Assembly (NCBI GenBank): GCA_963707635.1 | Contig: OY970173.1 | Location: 1,472,001-1,536,000 of the forward strand | Direction of reading: 5' to 3' | Source of the DNA: Candidatus Latescibacterota bacterium | Lineage (GTDB): Bacteria; Krumholzibacteriota; Krumholzibacteriia; WVZY01; JAKEHA01 | Length of the DNA: 64,000 nucleotides | Translations under genes and position numbers: made by a program | The notes under the pieces: model-generated | Databases searched by the model: none | What the model saw: the letters and a program-made list of their open reading frames with translations, nothing else | What the model was told of the DNA's origin: nothing | In this document: piece after piece, positions 1 through 10,304 of the stretch | Position numbering within the stretch: the stretch's first letter is position 1 | Layout of the letters: the number at the start of each line of letters is the position of its first letter

Positions 1-204
1 CGCCTTTCTGGCCCCGTTTGTCTCGCGCGACGCCGTGGCGGAGATGTGCGCGCGCCAGCGCGCGGGGCGACCCGTCTCGCTCGAGCTGCTCTCGCTGCTC
101 GTGCTCGAGCTGTGGGGAAGGATCTTCCTGCGGGGCGAGGCGCCCGAGCAACTCGCCGACACGCTCACCCGCACGAGCGCGGGCGCGCGCCGCGCGTCCT
201 GACG

Positions 205-1404
205 ATGTCGCTGTTCCGCGAGCTTCGCTCCATGCCCCGGCTGGTGTGGGTGCTCTTTGCCGGCACCCTCGTGAACCGGTTCGGCAGTTTCGTCTTCGTC
301 TTTCTCGCGCTCTATCTGAAGGGCAAGGGGTACGCGGCGCCGCAGATCGGGCTGGCCATGGGCGCCTACGGCGTCGGCGCCATCGGCGCGTCGCTGGTCG
401 GCGGCTGGCTCGCGGACCGTTTCGGCCGGCGCAACAGCATCGTGCTCTCGATGGTGCTGTCCGCCACCGCGATGCTCGGGTTGTCGCAGGCGGAGGGGTA
501 CGGCATGCTCCTCTTTCTCACCGGGCTGGCCGGATTCTGCGCCGAAATGTATCGCCCGGCGGCGACCGCGCTCATCGCCGACGTGACGACGCCCGCCCAG
601 CGCGTCACCGCGTTCTCGGTCTATCGACTGGCCATCAATCTGGGGTTCGCAGCGGGGCCCGCGGTCGGGGGATTGCTCGCGCACCGGTCCTTCTTTCTCC
701 TCTTCGTCGGCGACGCGATCACCTCGTTGGTCTACGCGGGCATCGCACTGGCCATGATCCCGAACCGGGTGGTCGAACACCACTCGCAGGGCGAGCGCAC
801 GAGCGCGCTGCGCGCCATCGGCCACGACAGCAGCTTTCTCGCCTACCTGGGTGCTACCCTCATGGCGTCGATGGTCTTCATGCAGCACGTCTCCAGCTAC
901 CCGCTCCAGATGAACGCCTACGGCTACTCGAGCCGCGTGTACGGGCTCTTGATATCGCTCAACGGACTCTTGATCTGCCTGGTCGAGTTGCCGCTCACCA
1001 CCTTCACCCGGCGCCGAAGCGCGCGCGTGATCATGATGACCGGCATGATCGTCTTCGGGGCGGCATTCGTGGCGACGGGCTTCGTGAGCACGATTCCCCT
1101 GCTGGCCGCGGCGGTGGTGGTCTGGACCATCGGCGAGATGTTCTATTTTCCGGTGGCGGCGGCGCACATCGCGGCCGTGTCCCCGCCCCACATGCGCGGG
1201 CGCTACCAGGGAGCGTGGGGAATCGCGTGGGGGCTGGGCGCGGTCGTGGGCCCGGTGGTGGGGACGACGGTCTTCGCGTGGAATCCGCGCGCGCTGTGGC
1301 TTGGGTGCGGAGTGTGCGCGATACTCGGGGCACTGCTCCTTGTTCCGGGAACTCGACCTCGCGGCGCAGACGCCGGTGCCGGGAGCCGCGCGGCGGCCGG
1401 CTAA
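205..1404 (+). CDS. Major facilitator superfamily transporter (MdtH/YitG-like)
   Basis: About 12 hydrophobic segments; MFS motif A GWLADRFGRR; start moved to ATG 205 (MSLFRELR) within ORF 46..1404. Confidence 0.9.
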   Translation: MSLFRELRSMPRLVWVLFAGTLVNRFGSFVFVFLALYLKGKGYAAPQIGLAMGAYGVGAIGASLVGGWLADRFGRRNSIVLSMVLSATAMLGLSQAEGYGMLLFLTGLAGFCAEMYRPAATALIADVTTPAQRVTAFSVYRLAINLGFAAGPAVGGLLAHRSFFLLFVGDAITSLVYAGIALAMIPNRVVEHHSQGERTSALRAIGHDSSFLAYLGATLMASMVFMQHVSSYPLQMNAYGYSSRVYGLLISLNGLLICLVELPLTTFTRRRSARVIMMTGMIVFGAAFVATGFVSTIPLLAAAVVVWTIGEMFYFPVAAAHIAAVSPPHMRGRYQGAWGIAWGLGAVVGPVVGTTVFAWNPRALWLGCGVCAILGALLLVPGTRPRGADAGAGSRAAAG

Positions 1405-1829
1405 TCCGCTTCACCCGCGATGGTCGCGACCACGCGGCGCGCCCCGCCGCGATCGCGGTGCTCGCACAGATAGATTCCCTGCCAGGTACCCAGGTTCAAG
1501 CGGCCGTTGGTGATGGGTACGCTGACGCTGGTTCCGATCAGCGCGGCCTTGATGTGCGCGGGCATGTCGTCGGCGCCCTCGGCAGTGTGATCGTAGCGGG
1601 AGCCACCCTCGGGAACGAGGGCGTTGAAGCTCGTCTCCAGATCCGAGCGAACACTCGGGTCCGCGTTTTCGTTGATGCACAACGACGCCGAGGTGTGTTG
1701 GACGAAGAAATGCGCGACCCCGACCTTGATGCGGGCGAGGTCCGGGAGCGCGCGCAGCAACTCGTCGGTCACCAGGTGAAAGCCGCGCGACCTGGGAGTG
1801 AGCGCGATCTGCTTCTGAACCCACACCAT
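1401..1829 (-). CDS. yjbQ: YjbQ/UPF0047 family protein (secondary thiamine-phosphate synthase-like)
   Basis: HTSASLCINENADPSV, DDMPAHIK and LGTWQGIYLCEHR motifs typical of UPF0047. Confidence 0.92.
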   Translation of the reverse strand: MVWVQKQIALTPRSRGFHLVTDELLRALPDLARIKVGVAHFFVQHTSASLCINENADPSVRSDLETSFNALVPEGGSRYDHTAEGADDMPAHIKAALIGTSVSVPITNGRLNLGTWQGIYLCEHRDRGGARRVVATIAGEAD

Positions 1830-1869
1830 CGCGGGGGAATCGTATCACGCGGGTCGGCGCGGATCGCAA

Positions 1870-1878
1870 TGCTATAAT
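1870..1878 (+). promoter_or_regulatory. Extended -10 promoter (TGcTATAAT), probably leaderless transcript
   Basis: TATAAT at 1873-1878 preceded by TG; ATG 1885 follows after 6 nt with no Shine-Dalgarno. Confidence 0.6.
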
Positions 1879-1884
1879 GACGCC

Positions 1885-2934
1885 ATGGCGGAGATCGACG
1901 CGCGCGACCATCGTTTCATCGCCCACCGGCGCGACGAATGGTATCCGGTGTGCCGGGGTGAGCGCCTGCGCGCGCGGCCGCTTGCCGCCATGCTCTTCGG
2001 CACACCCCTGGTCGTGTTTCGCGCGTCCGACGGGGCGCCGGCGGCGCTGCTCGACCGCTGCCCGCATCGCAATGTCCCGCTCTCACTCGGGCGCGTGCAC
2101 GGGGATCGCCTCAAGTGCGTCTACCACGGCTGGGAATTCGACCGCGAGGGACGCTGCCGGCTCGTTCCGGGGCTGGCGGGCGAAGCGCGTGAGCACGAAC
2201 GCGGGGTGACCGTGTTTCCCGCGCGCGAGTCGCAGGGGTTCGTCTGGGTGTACGCCGAAGCGGACTCCGCGCCCGCGCGTGAACCATTTCGCTTTCCGTG
2301 CGTCGACGAGCCCGGCTACACCAGCGCGCGCGAGGAGCTCGAGGTGCGCGCGTCGCTGCACGCGACCGCGGAGAACGCGCTCGACGTGCCGCATACGGCG
2401 TTTCTCCACGGCGGTTGGTTTCGATCCGAGTCCCGGGCGCGCCGAGAGGTCGAGGTGATCGTGCGCCGTTTCGCCGACCGGGTCGAAGCCGAGTACGTGG
2501 GCGAGTCCCGGCCGCCCGGCGTGGTCGCGAAGCTGCTCGCGCCGCGCGGCGGCGCCGTCGTCCACGTCGACCGGTTCATCCTGCCGTCGATCGCGCAGGT
2601 CGAGTACCGGCTGGGCGATTCCCACCTCTGCGTCAGCGCGGCGTTGACACCCGTCGAGGACTATCGCACCCGCCTGTTCGTGACCTTCAGCTTCCGGCTG
2701 CCGTTCCCGGGCTGGGCGGTGAAACCGCTCCTGCGACCGTTCGCGCTGCGGGTGTTCCACCAGGACGCGTGGATGCTCGCGCGCCAGACCGAGACGATCG
2801 AGCGCTTCGGAGAAGAGCGCTACAAGTTCACCGAGATCGACGTGCTCGGCGCGGAGATCTTCGACCTGCTGCGCCGCGGGCGGGCGATAGACGGGGCGCC
2901 GCCCGTCGAACGCCGCCTGACCATGGCGGTATGA
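1885..2934 (+). CDS. Rieske non-heme iron oxygenase alpha subunit (VanA/KshA-like)
   Basis: Rieske motif CPH...CVYHGW; mononuclear Fe motif ENALDVPHTAFLH. Confidence 0.9.
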   Translation: MAEIDARDHRFIAHRRDEWYPVCRGERLRARPLAAMLFGTPLVVFRASDGAPAALLDRCPHRNVPLSLGRVHGDRLKCVYHGWEFDREGRCRLVPGLAGEAREHERGVTVFPARESQGFVWVYAEADSAPAREPFRFPCVDEPGYTSAREELEVRASLHATAENALDVPHTAFLHGGWFRSESRARREVEVIVRRFADRVEAEYVGESRPPGVVAKLLAPRGGAVVHVDRFILPSIAQVEYRLGDSHLCVSAALTPVEDYRTRLFVTFSFRLPFPGWAVKPLLRPFALRVFHQDAWMLARQTETIERFGEERYKFTEIDVLGAEIFDLLRRGRAIDGAPPVERRLTMAV

Positions 2935-2965
2935 ACGGTGCCGGCGCTCGCGGTCATTTCCGGCC

Positions 2966-2995
2966 TTGACCGGCCCGAGTTGGATAGAGTAGATT
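2966..2995 (+). promoter_or_regulatory. sigma70-type promoter of the carAB leader
   Basis: TTGACC (2966-2971), 18 bp, TAGATT (2990-2995). Confidence 0.6.
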
Positions 2996-3008
2996 CACCG
3001 AAACCATG

Positions 3009-3043
3009 TCCTTTTAACCGGGCCCTGTGAGGCCCCGAAAGGA
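3009..3043 (+). ncRNA. PyrR-binding-site-like stem-loop (anti-antiterminator) in the carA leader
   Basis: TCCTTT(3009-14) pairs with AAAGGA(3038-43); CCTTTTAA element; inner stem GGGCC/GGCCC closing the hexaloop CUGUGA (matches CNGNGA of PyrR sites); lies upstream of carbamoyl-phosphate synthase. Confidence 0.75.
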
Positions 3044-3101
3044 TCGCTCGATGAATGCCGCGATATCCCCGCGTGCGCGCGGGGCCACGATGGAGCCAGG
3101 T

Positions 3102-3137
3102 CGCCTTCCCGGAATGAACGCGGGGAGGCGTTTTTTT
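3102..3137 (+). terminator. Intrinsic terminator (attenuator) in the carA leader
   Basis: CGCCTTCCC...GGGGAGGCG stem followed by T7, ending 25 nt before the carA start. Confidence 0.8.
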
Positions 3138-3162
3138 GTGCGCCTTCCAGGCGGATGTGCCG

Positions 3163-4308
3163 ATGAGTGAACGACCCCGGGGCAAGATGATCCTCGCCGA
3201 CGGTACCCGGTTCGAAGGCCGGCTCACCGGCGCCGCCGCGGCCAACGGCTTTGCCCCCGTCTGGGGAGAGGTCGTGTTCAATACTTCGATGACTGGCTAC
3301 CAGGAGGTCATCACCGATCCATCGTACGCAGGACAGATCGTGGTCATGACCTACCCGCAGATCGGCAACTACGGGGTGACACAGAATGACAACGAGAAGT
3401 CCCAATGCGCCGCGCGCGCACTGGTCGTGCGCGACCTCCAGGAGTTCTTCTCGCCGGGCCCGGGGCGCACGAGTCTCGAGGGTTTCATGGTGGAACAGAA
3501 CCTCCCCGGGCTGACCGGTATCGACACGCGCGCGGTGACGAAGCACATTCGCGACAAGGGCTCCATCATCGCGGCGATCGGGGGCGACGGCGCGTCCGAC
3601 GCCGACCTGCTCGCGATGGCGCGCTCGCACCGACTCGACCGCGAGGAGCGACTGGTGGAACGCGTCTCCGGAACGCTCAACGCGGTGCACGCGGGCGCGA
3701 ACGGCCGCGCGGCCGTGATCGATCTGGGGGCGAAGAAGAGCATCATCGACAACGTGCGCCGCCTCGGCCTCACCACCCAGGTGTTCGACGCGGGCTTCGC
3801 CGCCGACGAGATCCTGCGCGGCGCCTTCGACTTCGTGGTCGTCTCGAACGGACCCGGCGATCCCGCCGACATTCCCGGGGTGGTCGAGCAGGTGAAAAAG
3901 CTGGTGGGCCGCGTCCCGCTGCTCGGCATCTGCCTCGGTCACCAGCTCATCGCGCTGGCACTCGGCGCCGCGACCTTCAAGCTCAAGTTCGGCCACCACG
4001 GCGCGAACCAACCCGTCGTCGACCAGCGCACCAACCGGACCTTCATCACCAGCCAGAATCACAACTACGCGGTGGGCGACGACATCGCGGATCGTGCGGG
4101 CGTCATGATCACCTACACCAACGCCGCCGACGGCACGGTGGAGGGTTTTGTCGACGACATCCGCCGGATCGAGTGCGTCCAGTTCCACCCCGAGGCATCG
4201 CCGGGGCCGCACGACTGCCGCTTCATCTTCGATCAGTTTCACGCGCGCGTGCAGGAATGGAATTCGGGCCCGACGCGGGGGAGGGGTGAGTCGCATGCCG
4301 CGGCGTGA
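3163..4308 (+). CDS. carA: Carbamoyl-phosphate synthase small subunit
   Basis: [29 protein letters not shown] and QFHPE (class I glutaminase triad); start ATG 3163. Confidence 0.97.
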   Translation: MSERPRGKMILADGTRFEGRLTGAAAANGFAPVWGEVVFNTSMTGYQEVITDPSYAGQIVVMTYPQIGNYGVTQNDNEKSQCAARALVVRDLQEFFSPGPGRTSLEGFMVEQNLPGLTGIDTRAVTKHIRDKGSIIAAIGGDGASDADLLAMARSHRLDREERLVERVSGTLNAVHAGANGRAAVIDLGAKKSIIDNVRRLGLTTQVFDAGFAADEILRGAFDFVVVSNGPGDPADIPGVVEQVKKLVGRVPLLGICLGHQLIALALGAATFKLKFGHHGANQPVVDQRTNRTFITSQNHNYAVGDDIADRAGVMITYTNAADGTVEGFVDDIRRIECVQFHPEASPGPHDCRFIFDQFHARVQEWNSGPTRGRGESHAAA

Positions 4309-7300
4309 CGACTTTCACTCGGTGATGGTGATCGGAAGCGGCCCGATCGTCATCGGCCAGGGATGCGAGTTCGACTACTCGGGGACGCAGGCCATTCGCG
4401 CCCTCAAGGAAGAGGGGTTGCGCGTCGTCCTCGTCAACAGCAACCCCGCGACGATCATGACCGACCCCGAGATGGCCGACGCGACCTACATCGAGCCGCT
4501 CACCTTCGACGCGTGCCGGGCGATCATCGAGAAGGAACGCCCGGACGTGCTGTTGCCGACGCTCGGGGGCCAGACGGCGCTGAACCTGGCGATGGAGCTC
4601 TCCGACTCCGGCGTGCTGGAAGAATTCGGCGTCGGCCTGATCGGCGTGGACTTGAATGCGATCCGCCGCGCCGAGGATCGCAGCGGGTTCAAGGCGCTGT
4701 GCGAGGAAGCCGGTTTCGACACCCCGCGCAGCGCGGTCGTGAACACGCTCGAAGAGGCGCTGCGTGCGGTCGAGTCCCTCGGGCTGCCCGCCATCATACG
4801 CCCCTCGTTCACTCTGGGGGGCAGCGGCAGCGGGATGGCCCGCTCCCATGACGAATTCGTCCGCATCGTCAAGCACGGCCTCCAGAAATCCCCGGTGCGC
4901 GAGGTGTTGATCGAGGAATCGATCGAGGGCTGGAAGGAATTCGAGCTCGAAGTGATGCGCGACCGCGACGGCAACCACGTGGTGGTGTGCTCGATCGAGA
5001 ACCTGGACCCGATGGGGGTCCACACCGGCGACAGTATCACGGTCGCGCCAGTGCAGACGCTGCGTGACCGCGAGTACCAATCGATGCGCGACGCGGCGTT
5101 CAAGATCATGGACCTGGTCGGCATCTGGGGCGGGGCGAACGTCCAGTTCGCAATCGAGCCCGCGACCGGGCGCATGGTCGTGATCGAAATGAACCCGCGG
5201 GTGTCGCGCTCGTCGGCGCTGGCCAGCAAGGCGACCGGCTACCCGATCGCCAAGGTGGCGGCGCGGCTGGCGCTCGGGTACACGCTGCACGAACTGCCCA
5301 ACGACGTGGTCGGCACCATCCCGGCCGCGTTCGAGCCGTCGCTCGACTACGTGGTGGTGAAGATCCCGCGCTGGAATTTCGAGAAGTTTCACGGCGTCGA
5401 GGACGTGCTCGGCTCGCAGATGCAGTCGGTCGGAGAGGCGATGGCGCTCGGCCGCACCTTCAACGAGGCGCTCCAGAAGGCGCTGCGGTCGCTGGAGAGC
5501 GACTGGGCGGGGTTGGACAGCCTCGAGTTCGACGCGGACGATCTCGAGACGCTGCTGCGCGTCCCCAACTCGATGCGCGTGTTCGCAGTCAAGGCGGCGT
5601 ACGCGGCGGGCTGGACCACCGCGCGCATCCACGGCCTGTCGAAGATCGATCCGTGGTTTCTCGAGAACTTCAGGATGATCGTCGACTTCGAGGCGCGCGT
5701 GGCCGTGTCGCCCTTTCCGCCCGACGTGGAGTTCATGCGCGAGGCGAAGCGATTCGGCTTCAGCGACCGCCAGCTGGCCACGCTGTGGGGGGTCGACGAG
5801 GACGAGGTGGTGCGGGTGCGCGAAGGACTGGGCATCCACCCGGTCGTCAAGATGGTCGACACCTGCGCCGGCGAGTTCGAAGCACGCACTCCCTACTACT
5901 ACGTCGTGTACGACGACGAATGCGACGTGGAGAGCGACCCGCGCCGCTCGCGCGGCGGCCGCCAGAAGGTGGTCATCCTGGGCAGCGGCCCCAATCGCAT
6001 CGGCCAGGGGATCGAATTCGACTACTGCTGCGTGCACGCCGCGATGGCGCTGCGCGACATGGGCTACGAGACCATCATGGTCAACTGCAACCCGGAGACG
6101 GTGAGCACGGACTTCGATATCTCGGACCGGCTCTATTTCGAGCCGGTGGCGTACGAGCACGTGATGGCGATCGTGCGCAAGGAGCGGCCGGTCGGCGTCA
6201 TCTTCCAGTTCGGCGGCCAGACCCCGTTGAAGCTGCTCCACCGCCTGGCGGAGGCCGGCGTGCCGGTGCTCGGCACCGGCGTGGAGGCCGTCGACCGCGC
6301 CGAGGATCGCGAGCGTTGCCACGACCTGATGAAGGGCCTCGGGATCATGCACCCGCCGTGCGCGTTCGCGTCCACCCGCGAGGCCACGATTCGCGAGGCG
6401 GGCAAGCTCGGGTACCCGGTGTTGCTGCGGCCGCCCTACGTGCTGGGCGGCCGCTCCATGGAGCTGGTGCGGGGCGAGGATGAGATCTTGAGCTGCGTGG
6501 ATTCCGCCCTCCGCTCGAGCGGCTCTCGCTCCCTCATGATCGACAAGTTCATCGAGGGCGCGGTGGAAGTGGACGTCGACTGCGTGAGCGACGGCGAGAA
6601 CGTGGTGATCGCCGGCATCATGGAGCACATGGAAGAGGCCGGCATTCACTCCGGCGATTCGAGCTGCGTGCTCCCGCCGCTGGCGCTGGAGGACGAGATC
6701 GTGGAAGAGATCAAACGCTACACCGTGCGGATCGCGAAGGCGCTGCGCCTGGTCGGCATGATGAACGCGCAGTACGCGATCAAGGACAACCGCATCTACT
6801 GCTTCGAGATCAATCCGCGCGCGTCGCGCACCGTGCCGTACGTAAGCAAGGCGACCGGCGTGCAGTGGGTGAAGGTGGCGACCCGCGCGATCATGGGCGA
6901 GAAGCTCGACATGGAACGCCTGGGCGCGATCCCGGTGCCCGACTACATGTCGGTCAAGGCGCCCGTGTTTCCGTTCGACAAGTTCCCGGGCGTGGACTCG
7001 ATCCTGGGCCCCGAGATGCGGTCGACCGGCGAGGTGATGGGTATCGGGGAGACGTTCGACGAGGCGTTCATCAAGGCGCAGCTCGCCGCGGGTTATCGCC
7101 TCCCGAAGGGGTGCCACGTCTTCATTTCGGTGGCGAACCGGTACAAGCGCAAGGTCATCTTCCCGGCCAAGGCGCTGCGCGACCTGGGCTACATGCTTGT
7201 CGCCACCCCGGGCATGGCGAAGGTGCTGCGCTCGCACGGCCTCCCGGTCCGAACCGTGCACAAGATCAGCGAAGGCGACTACGGCATCCTCGACATGATC

Positions 7301-7573
7301 GAGGATGGAACCATCCAGCTGGTCGTGAACATGGCGTGGAGCAAGAAGTCGATCGAGGACGACAAGTTCATCCGTCTCGCCGCCAACAAGATGAAGGTGC
7401 CCTGCATCACCACCATGGCGGGATTTCACGCGCTGGTGCTCGGGCTGCAAACCATGACCGACGGGAAAGTCCACGTGGAATCGATCCAGAGCTACAACGC
7501 GCGCGTGAAGTCGCCGGCCACCGAGGGTGAAGCCGTCCCCGACGCGGCGCCCGTGGCCGGCGGAGCCGCATGA
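4295..7573 (+). CDS. carB: Carbamoyl-phosphate synthase large subunit
   Basis: [18 protein letters not shown] and [16 protein letters not shown] duplicated ATP-grasp halves; C-terminal MGS domain; start ATG 4295 overlaps the carA end. Confidence 0.98.
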   Translation: MPRRDDFHSVMVIGSGPIVIGQGCEFDYSGTQAIRALKEEGLRVVLVNSNPATIMTDPEMADATYIEPLTFDACRAIIEKERPDVLLPTLGGQTALNLAMELSDSGVLEEFGVGLIGVDLNAIRRAEDRSGFKALCEEAGFDTPRSAVVNTLEEALRAVESLGLPAIIRPSFTLGGSGSGMARSHDEFVRIVKHGLQKSPVREVLIEESIEGWKEFELEVMRDRDGNHVVVCSIENLDPMGVHTGDSITVAPVQTLRDREYQSMRDAAFKIMDLVGIWGGANVQFAIEPATGRMVVIEMNPRVSRSSALASKATGYPIAKVAARLALGYTLHELPNDVVGTIPAAFEPSLDYVVVKIPRWNFEKFHGVEDVLGSQMQSVGEAMALGRTFNEALQKALRSLESDWAGLDSLEFDADDLETLLRVPNSMRVFAVKAAYAAGWTTARIHGLSKIDPWFLENFRMIVDFEARVAVSPFPPDVEFMREAKRFGFSDRQLATLWGVDEDEVVRVREGLGIHPVVKMVDTCAGEFEARTPYYYVVYDDECDVESDPRRSRGGRQKVVILGSGPNRIGQGIEFDYCCVHAAMALRDMGYETIMVNCNPETVSTDFDISDRLYFEPVAYEHVMAIVRKERPVGVIFQFGGQTPLKLLHRLAEAGVPVLGTGVEAVDRAEDRERCHDLMKGLGIMHPPCAFASTREATIREAGKLGYPVLLRPPYVLGGRSMELVRGEDEILSCVDSALRSSGSRSLMIDKFIEGAVEVDVDCVSDGENVVIAGIMEHMEEAGIHSGDSSCVLPPLALEDEIVEEIKRYTVRIAKALRLVGMMNAQYAIKDNRIYCFEINPRASRTVPYVSKATGVQWVKVATRAIMGEKLDMERLGAIPVPDYMSVKAPVFPFDKFPGVDSILGPEMRSTGEVMGIGETFDEAFIKAQLAAGYRLPKGCHVFISVANRYKRKVIFPAKALRDLGYMLVATPGMAKVLRSHGLPVRTVHKISEGDYGILDMIEDGTIQLVVNMAWSKKSIEDDKFIRLAANKMKVPCITTMAGFHALVLGLQTMTDGKVHVESIQSYNARVKSPATEGEAVPDAAPVAGGAA

Positions 7574-8400
7574 GCGCAACCCGACCGGACCTTTCCGGCC
7601 CGAAGACGCCGCTTACCGCGATTGTGATCGCGCAAGACTCGGCCGCACACATCGCGCGGTGTGTGGGATCGCTCGCGTTCGCCGAAGAGGTGCTGGTGGT
7701 CGACGGCGGCAGCACCGACGCCACGGCGGAGCTGGCGGAAATGCACGGTGCCCGCGTGATCGTCAATCCGTGGCCCGGATTCGCCGCGCAGCGACGCTTT
7801 GCTCTGGCCCAGGCGTCGCGCGAGTGGATCTTCGTGTGCGATTCCGACGAAGAGACCACCCCCGGACTCGCACGCGAAATCATAAGCACGGTCGCCGACG
7901 CGAATCGTCGCAGTCCCGGCGCCCCGGCAGGATTTCGCGTGCGGCGCCGCAACCAGTTTCTGGGCGGCTGGATGGACGTCGGGCCGTGGAGTCGCGATTG
8001 GCAGCTGCGGCTGATGCGCCGGGGCGCCGCGCGGGTGACCGACACGTCGGTCCACGAGGGCTACGCCGTGGACGGACCGGTCGGCCAGCTCTCGACCCCG
8101 CTGAATCACTATGCCCACCCGACCGTGTCCGGAAGCGTCCAGCGGCTGAATCGGTACACGAGCCTGGAGGCGGCGGATCGCGCAGAGCGGCGGCGCGTCG
8201 GGGTGCTCGATGCGCTCGCGCTTCCGGCGGGGGTGTTCTTCAATTATTATGTGTTGAAGGGCTGCTGGCGGGCGGGTGTGCGGGGCTTCCTGCTGGCGTC
8301 GACCACCGCCATGTACAAGTCGATCCTCTACGTGAAAATCCGTTTGTTGCAGCTCGAAGCCGCGCGCGGGCACGGGAAGGAAACGCGTGTGCGCGCGTAG
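7570..8400 (+). CDS. Glycosyltransferase family 2 (WaaE/KdtX-like beta-glucosyltransferase)
   Basis: [12 protein letters not shown] and VHE motifs; ATGA overlap with the carB stop. Confidence 0.88.
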   Translation: MSATRPDLSGPKTPLTAIVIAQDSAAHIARCVGSLAFAEEVLVVDGGSTDATAELAEMHGARVIVNPWPGFAAQRRFALAQASREWIFVCDSDEETTPGLAREIISTVADANRRSPGAPAGFRVRRRNQFLGGWMDVGPWSRDWQLRLMRRGAARVTDTSVHEGYAVDGPVGQLSTPLNHYAHPTVSGSVQRLNRYTSLEAADRAERRRVGVLDALALPAGVFFNYYVLKGCWRAGVRGFLLASTTAMYKSILYVKIRLLQLEAARGHGKETRVRA

Positions 8401-9994
8401 CCGGTGGGGGGCCGGGATCGCCGCGCTGTCGATCGTCTGCGCGGCGTCGGTGTGCGCTCACGCAGGTCCCGGCACCCCTGCGCTGGACGCCCGGACGCTA
8501 GTCGTCGGAACGCGCGTCGACCCCAAAACGCTCAACCCACTCGCGATCACCGCCTCCGAAGGCCATCAGATCGCAGGGCTCATTTTTCTCAAGCTCCTCG
8601 AAGAACAGGACGACTTCATGTCGTTCAAGCCCAGGCTCGCCCGGGCGTGGACTCCCAGCGCGGACGGGCTCGACGTGACGTTTGAGCTGCGCGACGACGT
8701 GCGCTGGACGGATGGCGTGCCTGTCACAGCCGACGACGTGCGCTTCACCTGGGAACTGCAGGTCGACACGACGGTGGCATGGCCCATCGCCAACATCAAG
8801 TCGAAGATTCGCGACGTCGAAGTGAAAGACGAGCGCACGGTGGTGTTCCACTTTCGCGAACCGTATCTGTATCAGGTGATGGACGCCAACGACGGGGTGA
8901 TCCTGCCCAAGCATTTGCTGGCGTCGATCCCGCGCCGGGATCTGAAGACGTCGCCGTTCGGCCGCGCTCCGGTGGGGAACGGACCGTACCGCCTCGCGCG
9001 GTGGGAGTCGGGGCAGTACCTCGAGCTCGTGGCCAACGAGACCTACTTCGGACGCAAGCCACGCGTCGAGCGGGTGGTCTTCAAGATCGTCCCTGACGCG
9101 GTGACGCTGGTGCTGCAGTTGAAGGCGGGGGAGATCGACCTCCTCGAATCCGTACAGACCGGCGACCTCGTCTCGATTCGCGAGGCGCGGCCGGACGTCG
9201 TCATCCACACCGTCCCGTCGCGCCGGTTGAGCTTCATCGCCTGGAACCTCGCCCGTCAGCCGTTCGCGGACCGAACGGTGCGCCGGGCGCTGACCGCGGC
9301 CATCGATCGCGCCGAGGTGGTCCGGACGGTGTGGGGCGAGTATGCGCGCGAGTGCACCAGCCCGATTGTGCCCCTGCTGTGGGCGTATGACCCCGGTATT
9401 CCGCCGATTCGCTTCGATCCGGCGGCGGCCCGTGCGGGGCTGGCCGCCGTCGGGTTCGAGGACCGCGACGGTGACGGGATACTCGACCGGGATGGACGTC
9501 CGCTCGAGTTCGAGTTGCTCGTCAACGACGCGCAGAATCGAATCGACGTCGTCACCATCGTGCAGGCGCAGCTGAAGCAGATCGGCATCAAGGTAAACCT
9601 GCGGGTGATGGAGTACAGTGCCTACATCAATCGTGTTCTCGCGACCGACTACGACGCCGCGTTCGTGGAGTGGAAGTCGGTCACCAAGGTCGATCTGACC
9701 GGCCTATTTCACACCCGGTCGTTTCGTCCGAAAGGCTACAACTTCTTCTCCTACTCGAACCCGGAGGTCGATCGCCTGATCGACGAGGCGCTCGCGAAGG
9801 CGGACCGGGCCGAGGCGAAGGCGATCTGGGACCGGGTGCAGCGACTCGTGTACGACGACCAGCCCTGCACGTTCCTGGCGGTCCCGCAGGAGTTGACGGC
9901 GGTCGACGACCGGTTTTGCAACGTGAAGCCGAGCGCGATTAGCTTCTTCGCGCGACTGGCCGAGTGGGGCGTGTCGCCCGATTGCTCTCCGTGA
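8387..9994 (+). CDS. ABC transporter family 5 (peptide/nickel) substrate-binding protein
   Basis: Signal peptide; LRDDVRWTDGVPVTADDV, PVGNGPYRL and YSNPEVDRLI motifs. Confidence 0.9.
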   Translation: MCARSRWGAGIAALSIVCAASVCAHAGPGTPALDARTLVVGTRVDPKTLNPLAITASEGHQIAGLIFLKLLEEQDDFMSFKPRLARAWTPSADGLDVTFELRDDVRWTDGVPVTADDVRFTWELQVDTTVAWPIANIKSKIRDVEVKDERTVVFHFREPYLYQVMDANDGVILPKHLLASIPRRDLKTSPFGRAPVGNGPYRLARWESGQYLELVANETYFGRKPRVERVVFKIVPDAVTLVLQLKAGEIDLLESVQTGDLVSIREARPDVVIHTVPSRRLSFIAWNLARQPFADRTVRRALTAAIDRAEVVRTVWGEYARECTSPIVPLLWAYDPGIPPIRFDPAAARAGLAAVGFEDRDGDGILDRDGRPLEFELLVNDAQNRIDVVTIVQAQLKQIGIKVNLRVMEYSAYINRVLATDYDAAFVEWKSVTKVDLTGLFHTRSFRPKGYNFFSYSNPEVDRLIDEALAKADRAEAKAIWDRVQRLVYDDQPCTFLAVPQELTAVDDRFCNVKPSAISFFARLAEWGVSPDCSP

Positions 9995-10304
9995 ACGAGC
10001 GCCGCCGGGCAACGAAGACGTCCCCGTCCTTTTCCAATATCACCAGATCGTAGCCGTGCCCGCGGATACTCCCGTCTACGCGGCACAGGGTCCGGGCCCG
10101 CCCGCAATGCGTGACCGCGATCCCCAGGACGAACGGATCTCCGCGGGGAGTCACCCGCACCGTGGTATCGAGGGTGAGGGTCGCCACCGGCAGGATCCAC
10201 CGGTGACGCAGCGGACCACCGCACTGCGGGCAGGTGTCCTGCGCGTGCAGATAGACGTGTCCGCGTGCGCAGGCGAAGGCGGCGAGCCGGGCGGGGCGCG
10301 TCAA
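9939..10304 (-). CDS. DUF35-type Zn-ribbon/OB-fold protein (thiolase partner)
   Basis: CARGH...CPQC Zn ribbon followed by an OB-fold-like region; TTG start at 10304 overlaps the thiolase stop (TTGA); 56-bp convergent overlap with the SBP gene. Confidence 0.7.
   Translation of the reverse strand: MTRPARLAAFACARGHVYLHAQDTCPQCGGPLRHRWILPVATLTLDTTVRVTPRGDPFVLGIAVTHCGRARTLCRVDGSIRGHGYDLVILEKDGDVFVARRRSFTESNRATRPTRPVARRS

Noticed and set aside
6428..6450. carB RPPYVLGG instead of the usual RPSYVLGG
   Set aside because: Single substitution, possibly a sequencing error; the rest of the gene is intact
4223..7579. 1118-aa minus-strand ORF antisense to carB (similarly 13943..16165, 18564..22463, 47729..49966 and 52078..54258)
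   Set aside because: Shadow ORFs expected in high-GC DNA; they mirror well-supported genes and have no motifs
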